Origin: Scyliorhinus canicula
Lineage: Eukaryota
DNA length: 64,000 nt
NCBI RefSeq assembly: GCF_902713615.1
Contig: NC_052149.1
Coordinates: 75,076,543 to 75,140,542 of the forward strand
Direction of reading: 5' to 3'
The first letter of the stretch is position 1, and the number at the start of each line of letters is the position of its first letter. The position numbers and the translations under genes are program-made. Under the pieces are notes generated by a model. It searched no databases, was not told the origin of the DNA, and was given only the letters and a program-made list of their open reading frames with translations. Shown here one piece after another: positions 11,830-23,300 of the stretch.

Positions 11830-14286
11830 GAATTTCAACCCTGTACTGGACCCGGCAATGGATCGGTCTAGGTCTAGGTCGGGTAAGAGGCCAGCTGCGG
11901 CCAAAGTCCTAAGGGGGTTTATGGGTCAGATGGGGGGAGTGGATCCGTGGAGGTTTGCTAGGCCAAGGGCGAGGGAGTTCTCCTTCTTTTCCCACGTGCA
12001 CAAGGCCTATTCACAGATAGACTTTTTCGTGGTGAGCAGGGCACTGATCCCGAGAGTAGAGGGGACGGAGTACTCGGCCATCGCGATTTCGGATCACGCC
12101 CCGCATTGGGTGGAGCTGGAGTTGGAAGAAGAGAGGGGCCAGCGGCCATTATGGCGCATGGGCGTGGGATTGTTGGCGGATGAGGAGGTCTGTGGGCGGA
12201 TCCGGGGGTGTATACAGAAGTATATGTAGGCCAATGACAATGGGGAGGTCTCGGTGAGTGTGGTCTGGGAGGCGCTGAAGGCGGTGGTTAGAGGGGAGCT
12301 GATCTCCATCAGGGCTCACAGAGAGAAGAGGGAGAGGAGGGAGAGGTAGGAGAGATACTTAGGGTGGATAGGAGATATGCGGAATTCCCCGAGGAGGGGC
12401 TGTTGAAAGAGCGCCGGAGCCTCCAAACGGAGTTTGACTTGTTGACGACGGGGAAAGCTGTGGCCCAGTGGAGGAAGGTACAAGGAGCAGCGTATGAATA
12501 CGGGGAGAAGGCGAGTCGGATGCATCAGCTGCGGAAGCAGAAGGCGGCTAGGGAAATTGGGGGAATCGGGGACAAGGGAGGGAATACGGTGCAGAGTCCA
12601 GTCAGAATAAATGAGGTCTTTAGGGTCTTTTATGAGAACTTGTACAAATCAGAGCCCCCGGAGGGGGGAGATGCAGCGGTTCCTGGACCAATTGAGGTTT
12701 CCACGGGTAGAGGAGAAGCAGGTAGAGGGCTTGGGGGCCCCGATTGGGATGGAGGAGCTGGTTAGGGGGTTGGGGAGTTTGCAGGCGGGCAAGGCCCCGG
12801 GACCGAATGGGTTCCCGACTGAATTATATAGGAAGTTTTCGGAACTGTTGGCTTCATTGCTGTTGAGAACTTTTAACGAGGCGAGAGAAAAGGAAGTCTT
12901 CCCCCGACGATGTCGAGAGCTCTGATCTCGCTTATTCTTAAGGGGGGGAAGGAGGACTAAGAGGTGGGACATGCTTCCGCTCTCCCTAGTGGGTAGGGTG
13001 CAGTCTGTCAAGATGACGGTCCTCCCTAGGTTTTTGTTCATGTTTCAGTGTCTGCCCATCCTCATCCCTAAGGCCTTTTTCAAGCGAGTGAGCAAGAGTA
13101 TCATGGGATTTGTGTGGGCCAATAGGATCCCAAGGGTTAAAAGACTGTTCTTGGAGCACAGGTTGGCGCTGCCGAATCTGTGTAGCTACTACTGGGCAGC
13201 AAATGTGTCGATGATTCGGAAGTGGATGATGGCGGGAGAGGGGACGGCATGGAAAAGGCTAGAGGCAGTGTCTTGTGTGGGTACTAGCCTGGGTGCACTG
13301 GTGATGGCATCGATGCCGCTTCCGCCGACGCGGTATACCACGAGCCCGGTGGTGACGGCGATGCTGAAGATTTGGGGGCAATGGAGGCGGCACAGGGAAG
13401 AGACGGGGGCCTCAGTTTGGTCCCCAATACGGAATAACCATAGGTTTGCCCCGGGAAGGATTGGTGGTGGGTTCCGAAGCTGGCACCGGGCGGGAATTAG
13501 AAGGCTGGGGGATCTATTCATTTTGCGGGACTTTTGCCAGCTTAAAGGCACTGGAGGAGAAATTCGGGTTACCCCCGGGAAATGCCTTCAGGTACATGCA
13601 GGTTCGGGCATTTGTCAGGAAGCATGTAGGAGAATTTCCATTGCTGCCTGCCCGAAGGATACAGGACAGGGTGATTTCGGGTGTGTGGGTCGGAAAGGGT
13701 ACGATCTCGGAGATATACCAGGAGCTGCAGGAGGCGGAGGAAGCCTCGGTGGAGGAGTTGAAGGGCAAATGGGAGGAGGAGCTGGGGGAGGAGCTGGATG
13801 AGGGTCTGTGGGCTGACGCCCTGGGCAGGGTCAATTTCTCCTCATCTTGCGCCAGGCTCAGCCTGATCCAGTTTAGTGTTACACAGGGCGCATATGACAG
13901 GGGCGAGGATGAGTAAGTATTTTGGGGTGGAGGACAGATGTGCGAGGTGTTTGGGGAGCCCAGCAAACCACGGCCATATGTTCTGGGTGTGCCCAGCGCT
14001 TGCAGAGTTCTGGAAGGGCTTTGCAAAGTCTATGTCCAAGGTCTTGGACACTCGGGTAAAACCGAGTTGGGGGATAGCGTTATTTGGAGTATCGGAGGAT
14101 CCGGGAGTGCAGGAGTCGAAAGAGGCCGGAGTTCTGGCCTTTGCCTCCTTGGTAGCCCAGAGAAGGCTCTTGTTATTGTGGAGGCTTGTTTCAATGACAT
14201 GGCGGGGGTTCTTAGGTTGGGGAACGGTGGCAACCGTTCCTTGACTTTCTCACGGAACGTTAGGTGAGGTCAACAGCAGCAGCAAC

Positions 14287-14378
<92 letters not shown>

Positions 14379-17300
14379 AGCTTAATTTTGTTTTGAGGGT
14401 TAAGTTGTTTTGTTTGGTTGGCAGGTTGCCCGTTTCCCTTTGTATTATTTTCCTTTTTGGAGTGTTCTGTACAACTTTTTGAAAAACTGAATAAATACAT
14501 TTTAAAAAAGAAACAGTACTGCTACATGTCAGCTGCTCTTTTTTAAAAAGGTTGCATCAACAATAAATGGGCCATCTGATGAAATTGGAACTCGAGTACC
14601 ACTGGTCAGGTTAGCTTCACGGGGAAAATAAAAGGATGCCACCTTCTTGAAAAACATGTTTCAAAAACTGAAATTCTGGGAGAAGTGTCAAGCAGTTTCG
14701 TCCAGTGTTTTCTAAGCGAAAAATAAAAGGTTTAATAAGCATCTTCTCAAGGATGGTGCTACCCTATCTAACACACTGTATAGAATCAATGCCTTGATGG
14801 ATGTTTAGTATCTGAAGTTTACCTGGAAGAATGAATAGTGTGGCTGAGAGTTACCACATAACCAGCTCCTCCAACATCAAGGTATGGACCAGTAAAGGTG
14901 ATTAGAGCAGGGTTAGCCATTGCATGGAGATACCTAGTAACAACAGTATAATTTCATTAAGCACAGTATTTTATACTTGGCATTTAGTTTTAACAAGGGC
15001 AAAACTTTATTTTCCCCCCCAGGTATGTTGTTCCATATCATCCTGCTTCCGGGATTCTGCTAATATTGTTCTCTGGGAAGTAAACGAGAGCCACATTAAC
15101 ATTTTGTGTTTCCTTGCCTGCAGGGAGGTGAATGGTCTCGGTGCAAATTCTGCACCAAAACAAATGAGGCCAAGATAAGTAACAACATGATCCTGTGGCA
15201 CCACTTTGTGGCTCAGGCATATCAGCTAAAACTTTGCTCATATTATGACAGGTTTGTCTATCAATATATTGGCAAGAGAAACAGAACTGCACTGACTGGC
15301 CTCAATATTCCAGGGCTAGGAAAGGAGAGTCTCCTGCTCCATATCACTATTCGGTGAACCGTACATAGACTGAGTTGAGGTGCCCCCCACAGTTCAATTG
15401 CTTGCCAACGCTCAGCGCCTAGCTTCATACACAAGTTGCCCTCAGTCAGAGAAGAAAAAAGAAATACACCAACTATTTTCTATGCAGCATGCACAAGTGG
15501 GAAAAAAAGCAGGCAAGCAAGGGAACTATTGGATACAAAACAAATACAAATAAATCAAAAATCTTAGCTGCAATATCAATGAAAAGAAATGTTAAACACA
15601 CAAACACAAAAAACATCATTAATCACTTCACTGTTAGGACAGGCCCTGTTCACTGTGGCAAGACATAAACATTTATTTTAAATAAAGAGGTTTTGCTTGT
15701 GAGGCTATGTGGAAAACTATTCCTGTGGATCCTGTAAAACTCACCACTGTCTCCTGGTGGGATCAAATGCTTTGTCCATGAGAGAACCAGGGTAAATCCG
15801 AAGCACCCCATTGGGCGTTGCTATGTAACGCCGAACAATGTAACTGTTCAGGATACTGATTTCCATTTGTGACATCCATTCATCTGTTACGTGACTGGTA
15901 GCCATGACTTCGTTTCTGACAGAAGACTACACACAGACAGGGGAAAAAAAACAGAGGACTTCTTAAAAGACATGCCTGAGAAGTTTCAAAGCCGCAAATC
16001 AATCCTGTTAATACGCTTTTTAAACAGATTGTATGAAATTGTAAAGACAGTTCCCTCATATACTAAGAAAGGATTTTGTGCAGATTTCAGTGTTCCAATT
16101 TATCCAGGTTTAGGGAAAGATAATTTGCCTAATTCCACACAAGTGAAAACCTGGTCCATTCCCCAAAGGATTTTTTTAAAAACTGAGAAAACTAGTGAAG
16201 AGCCAAGGATTAGAGTGCAGAACACCAAAGTCAAAAAGAGTCATAGATCAGGGGCGGGATTCTCCCCTACCCGGCGGGGCGGGGGGGTCCCGGCGTAGCG
16301 CCAACCACTCCAGTGTCCCCTCACATTGAGGGGCTAGGCCCGAGCCGGAGTGGTTGGCTACACGCTGACTGGCGCCAAAACCGCTACAACGGCCTTTCAC
16401 GCCCGGCGCCGGCCGAAAGGCCTTCGCCGGTTCGCGCATGAGCTGCCGCTGACGTCACCACCGGCGCATGCGCGCTGGGGGGTTCTCTTCTGCCTCCGCC
16501 ATGGTGGAGGCCGTGGAGGCGGCGGAGGGAAGAGTGCCCCCACGGCACTGGTCCGCCCGCCGATCAGTGGGCCCTGATCGCGGGCGTGGCCTCCTTGGGG
16601 GCACCCCCCGGGGTCCGATCGCCCTGCGCCCCCCCAGGAGTCCGCTCGTGCCGCCGCCACCAAAGGTGGCTCAAACCACGGCGGCGGGAGAGGCCTCCCA
16701 GCGGCGGGACTTCGGCCCATCGCGGGCCGGAGAATCGCCGCAGGGGGCTCGCTGCGGCGCGATTCCCGCCCCCGCCAATTCCCAGGCGGCGGAGAATTTC
16801 TGCCACGGCGGGGGCGGGATTTTCGGCGGCCCCGGGCGATTCTCCGGAATTTCGCCCCTGATGTGATTAATCAAGAACTATGATTAGGTAATGTCAAGCT
16901 TGGGTTTTAACGGCATGAAGATTAGAGGAGAAAGGAAAGACACAGGAAGGCAAGGGGCACCAGTTTTGAGGTCACAGGAAGACTCAGTTAAGGTCAAAAG
17001 ATACTGTAAAGAGACACAATTTTAATACAGTGAGAATACAGGGAAAATGAAGAAATGTGCAGAGGTCCATTTTTATTGAAAAAAAAAGTAAAGTAAATTC
17101 AGGGAATTATTCAACATTAATCTGCAAAGTATGACTTTGCCAAAAATTAGCAGATGTGGGAATAATTTCCTGAGGAGCAGCATAATATTATTATATTAAC
17201 CCACATTTACTTTCCTAATTCAGTGCTGCAATGAGGATTCCAAATTCCTGGAATGACTGGGGTCGGGAAGCAACAAGTGAAGAGAGCAATGGAATTTTTT

Positions 17301-20300
17301 TACTGATCCACTTCATCCAGCAATTCAATTATAGATTGTGTTGTTTTGGTTGTGCCTGCAGAAAGCATTCTCAACCGTATGACACCAGGGTGAAGTGTTA
17401 AAGTGATGGTAGTGGTTGGAGCAATTTTACATGATGGATTAAAAGCCAATACAAAAAGGTGTATTTACAACATTGATCAATATTTACTCGGCTGATTTGT
17501 TTTCTCTTTATAGTGTATTTGTTAAACATACCACTCATTAACTACTCTGAAATTGGGCTCATATCCTTGAGGCTATTGGGAGGGTTGATCCTTTGTCAAC
17601 TCACGGTAAATTAGATTAGCAATTCTCTTTAGGATACACACATTCTCTATTTATAAAATGGGAACTACAATTTTTGGAAAACAAGTCAGTTGTTTAGCAG
17701 GATCTCATGGTCCTGTAAAGTACTTATTTATCAAAAGTATGATTTGAAACTAACTGGTCATTAATTTAACCTCAGTTTGGCACCATCATAAAGTAATCTT
17801 ACAAACACAAACACTAAATACTCAAGTGTAATTCTCCTCAATGTATAATACAATAAAATAACTCATAATAGCGTAGGGGACATCGCCCCCCTTCACCACT
17901 GGCTCTTGGCAGAGTTGATGCTCGATGAGCCTGAGTTCCTGATCAGTGCCTGGCCAGCTGTAGGGATTGAGTACTGTTCAATAAGTGAATGGTAAGACAG
18001 AGATATCTCAACTTCTATACATCAAGTGATAGAACACACCATTCTCTTCTCATGATTCTCTCTCAGGCTGAAGCAAGCGGTTCTCAATCTTGGCATCCTG
18101 TCTGATACCGTGCTGAGCTTTAAACAACAATACAACACTGGGCCCTCGACAAAGTTGTGAAATAACACAACGCTACAGTTTTGGAAAATTGAGTGCGCAA
18201 TTTTTTTGGAAAATTGAGTGTGCAATTTTAATGAAAAAACTCACCTTGAGTCCTGGATTAGCGATGAGACGCGTGTTGTCACTCAGATAAGCCGTGTAGT
18301 GTTCCACCATGCGTTTGGTCTCAGCTTGACTCAAGTGCTCAAATGGAGACGAAAAGCTGCCTGCAGACAGCATGACCGTGGGACTTTCTGCAAGAGAGGC
18401 AATCATAGCACTGTATTAAATATTAATATCACAAACATGAGACTTGTGATAATCATGCCTAAGAGACATCATTATGGTCTCGAGTTAATGAAGGCATAAC
18501 CTTTCCAATGCTGAATGACACTAGATGCTAGGGGCCCATGATGATATGAAGTGCGAACAGAAAATGCTTTCCTTGAATAAAAGAATCACATCTGAATATG
18601 TGGGGAAAAACAATATATGCCCAAGAATGCTATTCAAGTTACTTAACATAACAGGTCATATTAACAACAGAAATGATGAATGTGAAACTTTCCATAATCT
18701 ATTTTTCTAACAGTTTTTCACTTTCTATCAGAAAATGCTGGCTAGTGTTGGGGTATGGGTCCATGGGATGTCCTTCCGTACCTCATAGCGTTCCTCACGT
18801 ATGGGCCTGGCATGTAGCACCAACAGAGTACCAGACTATGATTTTCTTTCCATTACACCAACAAAAAAACCATAAATCAACTAAACACTGCTCCTTGAAA
18901 CTCCTCCTTCTATAAAGTATGAATATCGGGAATGAGAATGATTGGATAGTTTACTATCTTATGCTGTTCATGACATGACCATATGTCAAGACAGACAGCA
19001 TGATGGAGAAGCAATAAATGAACAATGTATACCTCGTTACACAAATGAAACAATTACAGAAATTGAGGTCAAGTCACCATCAAGCATTTTTCATGTACTA
19101 CCAGTAAACAGTTCAGAGTACAATTGGAGTAGGCCTGGATTAAGTAGCGCAGCTCCCTTCTTAGTTAAAGGTGACCCAAGGTGGTGAGCTGGTGTGTGTG
19201 TGTGTGTGGGGGGGGGGGGGGAGCAGCAAGGAATATCAGAAGTCACAAATCCACAAAAAAAATTTTTTTTTAATTAAATGTTTCTTACCCAGTGTTGCTA
19301 ACTGTTTGAAGTGCAGGCAGGAGGTGGGCTGGCCCAGCAGATCCAATCGATGGTAGAGAAGCTTACTGCTTGGTGCTGTGTTCAAATTCTTCAGATGTTT
19401 AACTGGTACCTCAGGCTGCACCATCACTATACAGAGAATAAAGGATGTATCCTGCACCTGTGCAGACAGAAATGTCAAGAGTTTATTGATATTCATTTTG
19501 AATACAACTTCATTAGGGTAAACCTGTTGCATGATTTTCCGGAACTTCCACACAGCAGCATGGATGAAGAGATTTCACCGAATCATCAAATCCCTATATA
19601 AGCAATAAAACTTACCGCTGAATACATGGCAAGCATTGGTTAAAATAATACATTGAAAATGCCTGACTATTGAGAGGGCAACAGAAAATTGGACGAACTG
19701 ACAAGGTCATTTCAGTTATGCACATGAAAAGGAATTAGAAAGACGGGGGGTGCAGTTGATGCATTCCTGAAATGCAAGCGATCCAAAGAGTTTAACCTTC
19801 AATAAAAATAAATGCAACGGCATTTGAAATAATTGCATGTTTTATCTTCACACAGTAACACTGGGCATTAATACATGGACCCATGTACGTTGACACTGTA
19901 TTTATGTTCAAGAAGGATATTAGAAAACCGCCAACAGTTCTCTGGAACTCAATGCATTTATGTTATTTGGCAGGTTCTGCTGCATTCCAATCAACAACTC
20001 ACACAAGGAAATCTATTTCTGGCTGAAGGACCTCCCCAAATAGCTGGGGAAGGTTTCGACAGGCCAATGAGGGGAAAGTATTTACATTCAGGTGAGCCAT
20101 CATCACTTTGCCTACGAACTGAAAATTCTGGAGGCTATGTTTCTATTTGTCCCAGGTTCCTGCTGCTGGCACATCCATTTACTTAGAGATTTTGGCACAT
20201 TTAAGACAACAGCACGTATTTCCCTTACAATCCTGCCACTGATCAATCAAGCTCCTGAAAGTGGCAGCGCAATGAGGTAAATGTAGCAGAAAATGGAAGG

Positions 20301-23300
20301 AACAGCTAGGAACAGCTATTTTCTGAACCTCTACATTGCACGTTGTAGCCATCTGGGATGGCCACTTCCAGATTACAAAATGGATGTTTGCAACGGCTAT
20401 AGGGAAACGTGAACAGTGCTAAGAAAGCAGGCAGGCACAGAGCCTGGATGCGTATTGAGAAGGCAACTCCCAGACGAGACTGAAACTGTAGGTCAATTAG
20501 CATACTGATGGCCCATCTCCGGGAACAAAGGAATAACATTCAAGTAACTGATACTAAGGCAGACACCCCGGCGCCAGCAAGACACAAACAAAGCAAGGCC
20601 AACAGCCTCCTAAGACACGCCCAACCATCAGGGCACCCACCCTTTTATTGGTCAAGATCTTTACCGATGATCAAGATGCGGTCCAATTAATTGGGGCCAA
20701 GTTCAAGGCCCGCCCAAAAGCGCGCGAAGCCCCTTTGGGGATAAGAAGAAGCTCCCGAGAGAGAATCGCTCTCTTGGACTCAGCTCTCGAAGCGGAGAGA
20801 CCCATCCACCAGCTGCAACAGAAGCAAGTAAGTCCAAGGTCAACGCTCGCCATCAGACGGTTGACCTTAGCTGTTCTCCTGTTACACCTTCGCACCCAAC
20901 AGCCTCAGATCCGAACAACGGCCATTGTTCCTCTAACTGAGTGGGCACCTAAGTATAGGCGTTAGCGTGAGAGATAGTTTAGTTTATGGTATTTGTGCAT
21001 GAGTAGAGATTATTGTGTGTAAATAAATAGTATTGACTTTGAACTAACTAACTGGTGCATTGGTTCTTTGATCAGTATTCGGGTTTGAACGTTGTGGCGG
21101 TATCTAAAGATACCTGGCGACTCTAGAGAAAAACATAATTAGGATTAAGGAAGGCGACCATATTTAGAGCCAGATAAACAGAGCAACAACGTTTGACATA
21201 AAGAATCCATTTTCATTCCAGAGTTTGAAAATTCAGAATTAGCCCAATAACTCAAGAATAGCACAATAAATATATTCAGTATATCATATTAAATATCAGC
21301 AATCACAATTTGCAAAAATATTTACCTGGATCAGATACTGAAGAGATATGTGAGTTGGCTACTTTTGTGAAAAATGCAATTGATTCAGCAAAGTTCTTTT
21401 GGTTTTAAACTGCAAACCCCATATCCTCAGATCAAAAAAAATAAATTCAAGGACATGTTCAACAAAGCATAACGTACCAACTTCCAGGCATAGCTGACAT
21501 TGTAGGCCTCTTTGCTGATCTCTCGTAAACGATTTATGTGCCAAGACAAGGAGGAGTTTACAGGCACAGTAATAACCTGACTGCCCAAAGGGAGGCTGCA
21601 TGGAGATAAGAAAGATAAATTATTTACATGTTTACAAATAACATTTCTATTGAAAAAAAAAATCTCCAAAAACACTTTTAGGATTGCTCGCAAAATTCAG
21701 ACTGAGTCGTATTGTAAAGATGATACAGGCATGATTGTGGAGAAATAAGTCATATTGTGAAGAGTGAACAAAGTCGAATGGGAAATAAAATCAGAAAATG
21801 CTGGATAACCTCAGCAAGTGTGGCAGCATCTGAGAGCTTGGAAGCTGAGGTAAGTGTGGGAGTTTGAGAGAATAAATCTTAAAACTCTTGCCTTTTTAAA
21901 ATTTAGCCCTAATTGCTGGTAATTGAGACATTTAAAATCTTCAAGGCCTAAGGAGAGTAAAAACAAGCTCTTCTGGTGGGAGAAATCAGTTACATGGAAA
22001 TTTAAATAATCAAAGTGTAAGGAGAGGTGGGAGTACAGGTTAATGATGAGCGTAGCATTCAGAATAAATGTAATAAGTTAACAGCGCTAATAGAGATAAA
22101 GGGGTATGATTTGGTGATGATGGGCAGCACAGTGGTTTGCATTGCTGCCTACGGCGCTGATGACCCGGATTGCAATCCCGGCCCTGGGTCACTGACCGTG
22201 TGGAGTTTGCACATTCGCCCCGTGTCTGCGTGGGTTTCACCCCCACAGCCCAAAGATGTGCAGGGTGGGTAGATTGGCCACACTGAATTGCCCCTTAATT
22301 GGAAAAAAAATGGGTACTCTAAATTTTAAAAATAAATAAATAAATAAAATGATCTGGTGGTGATTATCATAGAATTTACAGTTCAGAAGGAGGCCATTCG
22401 GCCCATCAAGTCTGCACCGGCTCTTGGAAAGAGCACCCTACCCAAGGTCAACACCTCCACCCTAGCCCCATAACCCAGTAACCCCACCCAATATTAAGGG
22501 CAATTTTGGACACTAAGGGCAATTTATCATGGCCAATCCACCTAACCTGCACATCTTTGGACTGTGGGAGGAAACCGGAGCACCCGGAGGAAACCCATGC
22601 ACACATGGGGAGGATGTGCAGACTCCGCACAGACAGTGAACCAAGCCGGAATCGAACCTGGGAGTGAAGCAATTGTGCTATCCACAATGCTACCGTGCTG
22701 CCCATCATCACAAAACTGAGACATGGTTACAAGGAGACCAGGTCTGGGAGTTGAATATCTAAGGGTACTCAGTGTTTCAGAAGGTTAGACTGAAAGGAAA
22801 AGGTGGTGGTGTAGCTTTGTTAGTAAAGGACGGGATGAGTGATGGAGTGAGAAATTATATTGCTACTGGAGATCAAGACATAGATTCAGTTTGGGTAGAA
22901 ATAAGAAACAGCCAGCAAAGTTGCTGGTGGGAGTAATCTATCAGTCTCCTAATAAATAGTTCCACAGTAAAACACAACATAATGCAGGAAATACTGGGAG
23001 CTTGTAAGAAAGGTACAGCAATAATCATGGGTGACGTTAATATGCACATAGACTGGATTAATCAAATTGGAAAGGGTAACCTCTAGGAAGACTTCATAAA
23101 ACGTATTAGACATTGTTTCTTGGAACAATAATGGTGTTGAACCAACCAGGGAGCAGGCTGTTTTGGATTTGGTATTGTGTAATGAGATGGGATTAATTAA
23201 TGTCTTGTAGTAAAGGATCTTCTAGGGAAAAGTGATCAGTGCATGCTTGAGTTTCAATTCAATTTGAGGGCAAGCGTTCCGGTGTTAAATCAAGGTAATT

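Larger units (their letters stand above)
9820..14511 (+). mobile_element. L1-clade LINE, 5'-to-3' complete but decayed; antisense in CACHD1 intron 16
   Basis: 5' gggacttccgg. ORF1 remnants from ATG ~10034 ([30 protein letters not shown]). ORF2 from ~11346 with APE endonuclease (LITWN, MLQETHL, NVYAPN, ISDHAP), [10 protein letters not shown] and a C-terminal CxxC...H..C knuckle. AATAAA at 14490. 16-bp TSD aacagtactg(g/c)tacat (9804-9819, 14512-14527). Confidence 0.93.

Noticed and set aside
12971-13801. 276-aa ORF as a host gene
   Set aside because: A post-RT segment of L1 ORF2 that runs through a frameshift.
14264-14482. Poly-glycine ORF
   Set aside because: Translation of a G homopolymer in the L1 3' UTR.
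16250-16870. Stack of overlapping GC-rich ORFs and a CpG-island-like promoter (also 6350-6700, 42000-42600)
   Set aside because: Bounded by TIRs and CWG target sites; the ORFs are a by-product of high GC in MITEs.
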